Below, one piece after another: positions 56,244 through 61,867 of a stretch of DNA of 61,867 nucleotides. The notes beneath the pieces are model-generated. The model saw only the letters and a program-made list of their open reading frames with translations. It searched no databases and had not been told where the DNA came from. The position numbers and the translations under genes were made by a program. Source of the stretch: a virus; the IMG/VR virus record IMGVR_UViG_3300045988_069456; one strand, given 5' to 3'. Each line of letters starts with the position of its first letter. The stretch's first letter is position 1.

Positions 56244-56527
56244 ACAAGATACAACAGATTTTTGGTCTGGATCCGGAATATAACAAAAAGATGGAAGAAG
56301 AGGCCAGACAGCTGCATGAGAAAGCACTGGCAGGGAAATGGTGTTGCACATGTGAATATTGCATACCGGTAGACCCGAACCTCCCAGGCTTTGTGACAGC
56401 ATTTCCAGAATGTGAATACGGCGGCATGGCCGTTGAAACCTGCAGCAGGTACCGCGTGGCAGGAACCACAATCCGCAACAGTGCCTGGGCTGACCGGATC
56501 CGCGAGAGATTTACGAGGGTGGTGTGA
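56240..56527 (+). CDS. hypothetical Cys-rich protein
   Basis: TTG start after AAAAGGAG. Contains WCCTCEYC. Confidence 0.4.
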   Translation: MNKIQQIFGLDPEYNKKMEEEARQLHEKALAGKWCCTCEYCIPVDPNLPGFVTAFPECEYGGMAVETCSRYRVAGTTIRNSAWADRIRERFTRVV

Positions 56528-56529
56528 GC

Positions 56530-57078
56530 ATGGACAGAAAAGAAACAACAAAGTTCCTCGGACAGTTACTTATAAATACACGTTTTGGAGGAGCTGGGAA
56601 GCACTGGGCCAGTGAGGTAAGCATTGACCCATGGGGACGAGAAGCAAAAAGAGTTGATTACATGCAATTTTCCCCAGCTGATCAGTGCTCCATATCCGGG
56701 ATAGAAAAGGGCATATTTACCTGTTACGAGATAAAGAGCTGCAAAGAAGATGTTTACAGTGGGAACGGCCTGAACTTCCTGGGAGAGAAAAACTATATTG
56801 TAACCACAATGGAGTGCTACAAGGATATTTTACCGGATTTACGCAGCGGGAAATTTTCCAAACACATGCGTGAACAGTTTCCAGAATCCTCCAACTACTT
56901 CGGCGTAATGGTTGCAATACCGGACTGGGCGGAGGCGACAGACGAATTTGAGAAACCCACACCGTTAGACGCAGAGGTAAGACAGTGGAAACTGGCGGTC
57001 ATATTACCGTGCCGCTATGGACCGAGAAAACGCTCCATGACAGAATTGTTATTTTGCATGTTACGGAGCGGACATTGA
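56530..57078 (+). CDS. PD-(D/E)xK nuclease-like protein (MmcB-like)
   Basis: VDYMQF ... CYEIKSCKED resembles a D...E-x-K nuclease core. Confidence 0.45.
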   Translation: MDRKETTKFLGQLLINTRFGGAGKHWASEVSIDPWGREAKRVDYMQFSPADQCSISGIEKGIFTCYEIKSCKEDVYSGNGLNFLGEKNYIVTTMECYKDILPDLRSGKFSKHMREQFPESSNYFGVMVAIPDWAEATDEFEKPTPLDAEVRQWKLAVILPCRYGPRKRSMTELLFCMLRSGH

Positions 57079-57092
57079 GGAGGTGCAGAAGA

Positions 57093-57452
57093 GTGACAAG
57101 AGAACAGCAAGCGGAAAATATACACCAGGCCTGCAGAGAGGCTGGTCTGGACGAGCATGTTAAGTGGATCGAAAGAAAGACACAAGCAGGAACCTGGGCG
57201 GAAAAGATAGCAGTGCAGTTTAAAGAACGGGATCCGCTTCCGGTTAAAAACAGCTATATGTATTGTAATACGTTAGATATGTGCTTCTTTTATGGACCGG
57301 GAGACACACCAAGCATGGCATACGCCGGACAAGTGTCGGTAGACAACACAGACATAAAGGAGGGGAAACTGCTGGAAGCATTCAGAAAGGCAAGACAGGT
57401 GCTCGGAACCATGAAAGAACTGGCAGCTAAGCAGGAGGAGAGCAATCATTGA
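57093..57452 (+). CDS. hypothetical protein
   Basis: GTG 57093 lies 9 nt after GAGGAGG. Confidence 0.45.
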   Translation: MTREQQAENIHQACREAGLDEHVKWIERKTQAGTWAEKIAVQFKERDPLPVKNSYMYCNTLDMCFFYGPGDTPSMAYAGQVSVDNTDIKEGKLLEAFRKARQVLGTMKELAAKQEESNH

Positions 57453-57709
57453 CAACAATAATTTTTATTTTAGAGCTGGCCGCCCTGGCTGCATTGACCA
57501 TATGCGGGGCGTTGCTGCTTCTGGATGTGGGAGACAAGAAAAAACGGCCAGAGGATGAACCGGACCAGACGGAGGAATGGTTAAAACCACCGGAGCACAT
57601 AAATTGCAGGTGCACCATATATTACCCGCTGGATAAAAAAAGAAAATGCAAGAGGCGACCAAAAGGGCAGACTGGCCGGAAACACCCAAAAGGAAAAAGG
57701 GAGGTCTGA
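57449..57709 (+). CDS. hypothetical membrane protein
   Basis: TTG start after GCAGGAGGAG. It has an N-terminal TM helix and a basic tail. Confidence 0.45.
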   Translation: MTTIIFILELAALAALTICGALLLLDVGDKKKRPEDEPDQTEEWLKPPEHINCRCTIYYPLDKKRKCKRRPKGQTGRKHPKGKREV

Positions 57710-57712
57710 GTT

Positions 57713-57988
57713 ATGGAGTACACAAAGACAGTAACAGTAAAACGTACATACAACGTGGAATTTTTCCCGGACGCGTTTGACTGTACCGTGGGCGAATTTA
57801 TACAGCAGCGCGAACGCCTGGGGATTCCCACACAGGGGTTTAAAACCTGTTTCATTTGTGGCCGGCATTTGGCCATGAACAGAATACCGATTGTGATCAG
57901 CGTATCCGGAAAAGGAAACCGGTTCGCGTGTGATAAATGTTATGAAAAAAGCCAGAGGGAGAAAGAACATGAAAAAACAGAGTTGTAG
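57713..57988 (+). CDS. zinc-ribbon-like protein
   Basis: CFICGRH ... CDKC. Confidence 0.45.
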   Translation: MEYTKTVTVKRTYNVEFFPDAFDCTVGEFIQQRERLGIPTQGFKTCFICGRHLAMNRIPIVISVSGKGNRFACDKCYEKSQREKEHEKTEL

Positions 57989-58388
57989 AATGACACAGCA
58001 GGAGCGAGAAACGCACAGGGAAGCCACTAAGCTCCGTAAAATGACAGACCAGCAGCTGGTTGATTATGTGAATAGCCAGAAAGAACAGGCGGGGCCAGCT
58101 AAAGACCAGGAGGCCGTACATAAGGCAGAAATCGAAGAGTTGGAGGCGGAGGTCGCTAAGTACAAAGCAAAAGCCAACAAAGCGGAAGCAGAGGCCAGAA
58201 AAAATGCAGAAAATGCAGTAAAGGCCATTAAGGGCAAAAGCACCGGAGGAAAAGCAGCGGTTGAGCGATTCCTCCAGGAGCTGAAAAAAAAGACCGGATC
58301 CGGCAATGGAATCGGCAACGGTACAATTTTTAAATTAAAGAGAATCCTGGACACAATGCCGGACGATTTCGCAGAAAAGGAGGCGTGA
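57969..58388 (+). CDS. hypothetical coiled-coil protein
   Basis: Starts at ATG 57969. Lys/Glu/Ala-rich. Confidence 0.4.
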   Translation: MKKQSCRMTQQERETHREATKLRKMTDQQLVDYVNSQKEQAGPAKDQEAVHKAEIEELEAEVAKYKAKANKAEAEARKNAENAVKAIKGKSTGGKAAVERFLQELKKKTGSGNGIGNGTIFKLKRILDTMPDDFAEKEA

Positions 58389-58391
58389 TCC

Positions 58392-59042
58392 ATGGCATGG
58401 GATTCTGGTACATACAGGAGGGACGCCAGCAAGGCGAACCGCGGCAAACCATTTGAGGATTTTATCAATTTTGCAAACGAGAAATACCAGGCCAAAGGCA
58501 TAGCAGTCATGCACAAAGTCCCCACGGAGTTTATACCGCTCCGCGGGGCACATGGCCAAGTTGCAAACTGCAAGGTAGATCGCAAAAGTTGTGTGGATTA
58601 TTTGGGCCGTTTCCGGGACATTCCAGTGGCGGTCGAGGCAAAACACACCCAGGGAGCTAGAATTGATTTCTCAGCCGTTCAGGACCACCAGGCGGAGTAT
58701 TTAGACGCATGGATGGAGGGAGAGGGCAGGCAACTTGCTTTTGTGGCCGTAAGTTTTGGCATGAATCGGTTTTTTATGGTGCCGTGGAGCTTCTGGAAAG
58801 CAGCTCGCGATTGTTGGGAGAGACACAAGAAAACAAAGCAAAAAGAAATTGCCATTGTGCAGCAGTATGGGTGGACCTGGGAGACACCGGGAACAGCCAG
58901 CGCAAAGGCAGAAGATTTGCTTCCAGACTGGGAAGTTGATACAGGCGGTTTTTATGGCCTCCAGTACCTGCAAATAATTGACAAAATAGCAGGAGGAGAA
59001 ACGAAAAATGAGAACAGAGGACCAGGTAATAACACAATTTAA
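58392..59042 (+). CDS. recU: RecU-type Holliday junction resolvase
   Basis: KGIAVMHKVPTEFIPLRG ... VDYLGRFRDIPVAVEAKHT. Confidence 0.75.
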   Translation: MAWDSGTYRRDASKANRGKPFEDFINFANEKYQAKGIAVMHKVPTEFIPLRGAHGQVANCKVDRKSCVDYLGRFRDIPVAVEAKHTQGARIDFSAVQDHQAEYLDAWMEGEGRQLAFVAVSFGMNRFFMVPWSFWKAARDCWERHKKTKQKEIAIVQQYGWTWETPGTASAKAEDLLPDWEVDTGGFYGLQYLQIIDKIAGGETKNENRGPGNNTI

Positions 59043-59277
59043 CATGAGATTAATCCGGGCAGTGATGCCACAGGGGGCGCCTATGATAGTCGTGTACGAG
59101 GATCCGAAAGACTATCCGGGTCTTTTTGTGGCACGCCTGTTTGATGGCCGGAAAAGTACGCACCTGATAGCCCTGGCGGACACATTAGAGGACATAAGAG
59201 AGGCAAAGCCGGAGCGGATGCGGATCGTAAATCGGATAGAACAGGACAGCCTGCAAATTGTGGAAGCCTGGCTCTAA
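59008..59277 (+). CDS. hypothetical protein
   Basis: ATG lies 9 nt after GGAGGAG. Confidence 0.45.
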   Translation: MRTEDQVITQFNMRLIRAVMPQGAPMIVVYEDPKDYPGLFVARLFDGRKSTHLIALADTLEDIREAKPERMRIVNRIEQDSLQIVEAWL

Positions 59278-59295
59278 CAGAAAGGAGCAGCGAGC

Positions 59296-59559
59296 ATGAG
59301 AAAAAAGGCAGCGGGAATATTAAAAGCAGTCTGGACGATTGTGATCAGCGTTGCACTGATCAGCGCAGGCCTGATGTGCCTGAGCCTGCAAAAGCAGGTA
59401 GAGGAGCTGAGCAGATTACCAAAAAACGTGCTGGTCTACGACCGGAGCCACAAAGAAATTGTTGAGTATTACGGCACTCCGGAGAGAATTGGCAACAGCC
59501 TGGTATTGCACGACGCAAACATCCTGAATATTGAGGATGTAAGCCACCTGGTAGAGTAG
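59296..59559 (+). CDS. hypothetical membrane protein
   Basis: It has an N-terminal TM helix. Confidence 0.45.
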   Translation: MRKKAAGILKAVWTIVISVALISAGLMCLSLQKQVEELSRLPKNVLVYDRSHKEIVEYYGTPERIGNSLVLHDANILNIEDVSHLVE

Positions 59560-59568
59560 GAGACGGCT

Positions 59569-59928
59569 ATGGGAAGAAAAGAACGCAGAGCCAAGGAACG
59601 GCAAGAGAGAAAAGAAAGTATCCGAATGACGCCGGATCGTATTTATGAATTGAAACAGAAAACGGCCAACGAAGCCGTCCGGAGAGTGCAGGAGATTGAG
59701 AAAGGTAAGGAAAAGCAGCGAGCGGAGACTGCTCTGGACATGCTTCTCCTGTTCGGTATGACATACCTGCATGAGCAGAAAGGCTGGGGAAAGCAGCGAC
59801 TGGAAAATTATTATGATGGCTGCATGAAGCTGTTGAAAGAATTTGAGGCAGGCGAACACACGATCAAGAGTCTCCGGGACAAGCTGGTGGAAGAAACAAA
59901 GATAAACCTGGTGGAGGTACAGAACTGA
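59569..59928 (+). CDS. hypothetical protein
   Basis: 119 aa with a basic N-terminus. Confidence 0.45.
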   Translation: MGRKERRAKERQERKESIRMTPDRIYELKQKTANEAVRRVQEIEKGKEKQRAETALDMLLLFGMTYLHEQKGWGKQRLENYYDGCMKLLKEFEAGEHTIKSLRDKLVEETKINLVEVQN

Positions 59929-60230
59929 TGGAAGAAATATGCACTATAATACCATTACATGTGCTCATGGATATGCCAAAAGAAGTGATTTTTGAGCTGT
60001 TTGGGAAGGAGAAAGTAAGACCGACAATATCGGTAGGACAGAGATTTTTTGTGGTGGAAGATGCTTCTTGCGAATATACAGGCACACAGGAGCCGCGCGG
60101 ATTGAAAGCCCCTTTTTGGGAAATAAAATGCGACACAACAATAATCCATATGAAGTTAAGGGAAATGTTTTCGCGGAATGAGACGGCATATCAAAACAGT
60201 GAAATGACATTAGTATTACGCAGACCGTAG
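59928..60230 (+). CDS. hypothetical protein
   Basis: Coupled via ATGA/TGATG. 100 aa. Confidence 0.45.
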   Translation: MEEICTIIPLHVLMDMPKEVIFELFGKEKVRPTISVGQRFFVVEDASCEYTGTQEPRGLKAPFWEIKCDTTIIHMKLREMFSRNETAYQNSEMTLVLRRP

Positions 60231-60243
60231 AGAGGGTATAAAA

Positions 60244-60465
60244 ATGAGTGAAAAAGTGAGCAGAAACGCAGAGGGTTATCCGGATCCAACATTCGGAGGA
60301 GCCTGGGGGAACATGCGCAGGGAAGAAAAACAGCGAGAAGCTGAACGCATGGCAAAAATAAACGATCTCATACCGGTAATGAAGCAGACAGCTGAGCTTG
60401 CTGGTTTTGAGGTTGTAGGCCGGATCACACTGAGAGACAAAGGAACCGGCAAAGAATACAGATAG
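60244..60465 (+). CDS. hypothetical protein
   Basis: 73 aa. Confidence 0.45.
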   Translation: MSEKVSRNAEGYPDPTFGGAWGNMRREEKQREAERMAKINDLIPVMKQTAELAGFEVVGRITLRDKGTGKEYR

Positions 60466-60506
60466 GGTGCTATTCTAAAATCCAAAATATATCACACAAT
60501 AAGACA

Positions 60507-60526
60507 CAGGCAGCGCAAGCTGCCTG
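60507..60526 (+). other. perfect 8-bp hairpin with a GCAA (GNRA) tetraloop
   Basis: caggcagc-gcaa-gctgcctg. No T-run follows. It lies 14 nt upstream of ATG 60540. Confidence 0.6.
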
Positions 60527-60539
60527 GGAAAGGAGCTGG

Positions 60540-60734
60540 ATGAAAGAGCCGTTTTATTATACTGAGGGCGCAGAAATTGAAATGTTTATAGATGGGAAAT
60601 GGACCCGCGGCAAGGTTGTAAACGGGTACCGCTTCCGTGATGGGCTTATAACCATGGAAACAGCAGAGGGGCGCCGTGTGTGGTGCGGAGAAGCTTCAGG
60701 AGCATGGAGAGAGCCGGAAAGGAGCAGCAGTTGA
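60540..60734 (+). CDS. hypothetical protein
   Basis: AAAGGAG SD. 64 aa. Confidence 0.45.
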   Translation: MKEPFYYTEGAEIEMFIDGKWTRGKVVNGYRFRDGLITMETAEGRRVWCGEASGAWREPERSSS

Positions 60735-60736
60735 GC

Positions 60737-61057
60737 ATGGGAGAAATTATTGATCGCATGGCACAGGACACAGAAAGCCATGAACCAAAGGACACAAGAC
60801 AGAGGTATAAAGGAATTTGCCCGGTGTGTGGGAAAGAAAACTGGATCTGCAAAAGCCTGGCAATGGAGATGGGAATCAATACCGGCGTAGGCAGGTGCCT
60901 GGGGTGCGATACATTTTTGCACATTACATACAATCCGGAACGGCAGGAAATGGACCTGGAAAGGTTCGAGGACTACCAGAACAGCAAGAAAGCCCGCGAC
61001 GATGTGGACAAGATAGCAGGAAATGTGGGATATGGAGGGCAAGACGATGCAGAATAA
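60737..61057 (+). CDS. zinc-finger-like protein
   Basis: CPVCGKENWIC ... GRCLGCDTF. The start is ATG 60737 or TTG 60731. Confidence 0.45.
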   Translation: MGEIIDRMAQDTESHEPKDTRQRYKGICPVCGKENWICKSLAMEMGINTGVGRCLGCDTFLHITYNPERQEMDLERFEDYQNSKKARDDVDKIAGNVGYGGQDDAE

Positions 61058-61562
61058 ATATTTTTTCACAAAAATGCAGCAGTTTATATCAGAACTCTTT
61101 TGGGCTTTTGCGGGTAAACCGTTTGAGATATATACCACAAACGTAATGGAAGATAAAATCAGATGTGAAGTAGAAAAACTATACCCGGATTTTTATCTAA
61201 ATGCACGAATTGTGGGAAGAGAAATTCGCATAAGCAGAGAGTTTTACAAAGAATATGCAATAGCAATGATGTTTTTACCCTGTATGTTCCAAGTGAAAGA
61301 ATATTATTTCTATGATCTTTATATCGACAATGTGCCGGTTGGAAGAATTAGCTTTAAAAGGAATCTTGATCCGTGCGCCTACGGATATATAGTAACGGTA
61401 GACCCGTTTAAGTGGTGTGAGCATGTGAGAAATGCGTTTAATCCGGTTGAGGAAATAGTTACAGATTCGACAGAGAACCTGGAAAATGAACGAACAAAGA
61501 TCGCCATGAATTACGAGGAGGTAAAAGAACGTGTGGAAAAAGATCGAAGAAAAGATCAGTGA
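61047..61562 (+). CDS. hypothetical protein
   Basis: ATG 61047 lies 7 nt after GGAGGG. Confidence 0.45.
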   Translation: MQNKYFFTKMQQFISELFWAFAGKPFEIYTTNVMEDKIRCEVEKLYPDFYLNARIVGREIRISREFYKEYAIAMMFLPCMFQVKEYYFYDLYIDNVPVGRISFKRNLDPCAYGYIVTVDPFKWCEHVRNAFNPVEEIVTDSTENLENERTKIAMNYEEVKERVEKDRRKDQ

Positions 61563-61692
61563 TTGGAGAATTTGGCGGTGTCAAAGAAAAATATTAAAAA
61601 AGCACGCTTATGTTTATGACGTAAAGCCGCGACTGTTTGAAAGCAATGAATCACTGAGGCAGAGGATCCTGGAAAAAATAAAGCACATATGA
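61531..61692 (+). CDS. hypothetical 53-aa protein
   Basis: GTG follows GAGGAGG. It is below the ORF-track cutoff. Confidence 0.3.
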   Translation: MWKKIEEKISDWRIWRCQRKILKKHAYVYDVKPRLFESNESLRQRILEKIKHI

Positions 61693-61706
61693 GGAGGAAA
61701 ACGCGC

Positions 61707-61867
61707 ATGATGAACAAAAGCCTGATTGAATGGTGTGATTTCACATGGAATCCGGTCACTGGTTGCCGGCATGGGTGCCTGTATTGTTACGCAGCTAAGC
61801 AGGCGAACAGATTTTCTGGTAATGTGCTGATCAACAAAACGTCTGAGCAGCTAAGAAAAGAATGGGA
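61707..61867 (+). CDS. DUF5131 / Gp37-Gp68 family protein, 5' part (continues at window base 100 on the circle)
   Basis: ATG lies 9 nt after GAGGAGG. Sequence begins [36 protein letters not shown]. Confidence 0.75.
   Translation, partial: MMNKSLIEWCDFTWNPVTGCRHGCLYCYAAKQANRFSGNVLINKTSEQLRKEW
61769..61867. repeat. 99-bp terminal duplication of window bases 1-99 (circularisation overlap)
   Basis: Direct comparison of the first and last 99 bases. The duplication lies inside a continuous ORF. Confidence 0.9.

Larger units (their letters stand above)
1..61768. mobile_element. Complete circular temperate contractile-tailed phage / excised prophage genome (unit length 61,768 bp)
   Basis: Bases 1-99 are identical by eye to 61769-61867, as expected for the overlap of a circular assembly. 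Full packaging, head, tail, lysis, lysogeny and replication modules are present, with a tyrosine integrase and a CI/Cro-type switch. Confidence 0.85.

Noticed and set aside
55547-56551. A 334-aa ORF on the minus strand
   Set aside because: It is antisense to RNase HI and three SD-preceded + strand genes. It has no SD or motif and would break an otherwise uniform strand organisation.
61769-61867. The 99-bp end duplication as a biological direct terminal repeat or LTR
   Set aside because: It lies in the middle of a continuous coding sequence and has the length and exactness typical of a circular-assembly overlap. Physical termini cannot be judged without reads.
1-61867. tRNA, rRNA or CRISPR loci, or stop-codon recoding
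   Set aside because: The intergenic gaps are short and none showed a cloverleaf-like arm pattern by eye. All long genes are intact under the standard code. A tRNAscan run would be needed to be certain.

Overview
This window is a complete, circularly closed temperate phage or excised prophage genome. The unit length is 61,768 bp, and bases 1-99 repeat at 61769-61867. All genes are on the + strand except a lysogeny block at 41.3-44.1 kb. The gene order starts with a late regulator, a ParB-methylase, terminase, portal and a MuF polyvalent protein. Head genes follow (XkdF-like protease, scaffold, DUF2190 decoration protein, lambda-E-like major capsid). Next comes a PBSX-like contractile tail: sheath, tube, a chaperone with a -1 frameshift, a 1751-aa tape measure, and a baseplate with XkdP/Q/R/S/T/U-like proteins. 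After the tail fibres come a diversity-generating retroelement (DGR), the holin and endolysin, a moron island, attP/int with a lipoprotein and a CI-like repressor, a Cro-like early operon, and recombination and replication genes. The SD sites, LysM domains, endolysin type and RecU suggest a Firmicutes/Clostridia-type host. The main system is the DGR (target with VR, avd, TR, RT). Its TR/VR differences fall only at TR adenines, and the VR is one codon shorter than the TR. Other leads: (1) a 1141-aa MuF virion protein with kinase-like and ART-like domains, plus a distant ADP-ribosylglycohydrolase / Cys-rich peptide / RHH operon; (2) a 110-120 bp iteron-bearing direct repeat shared by the replication gene and the lysogeny module; (3) a G9 tract in a prophage lipoprotein gene; (4) a repressor gene with no canonical start codon. 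All family assignments come from motifs read by eye. No database search was run.
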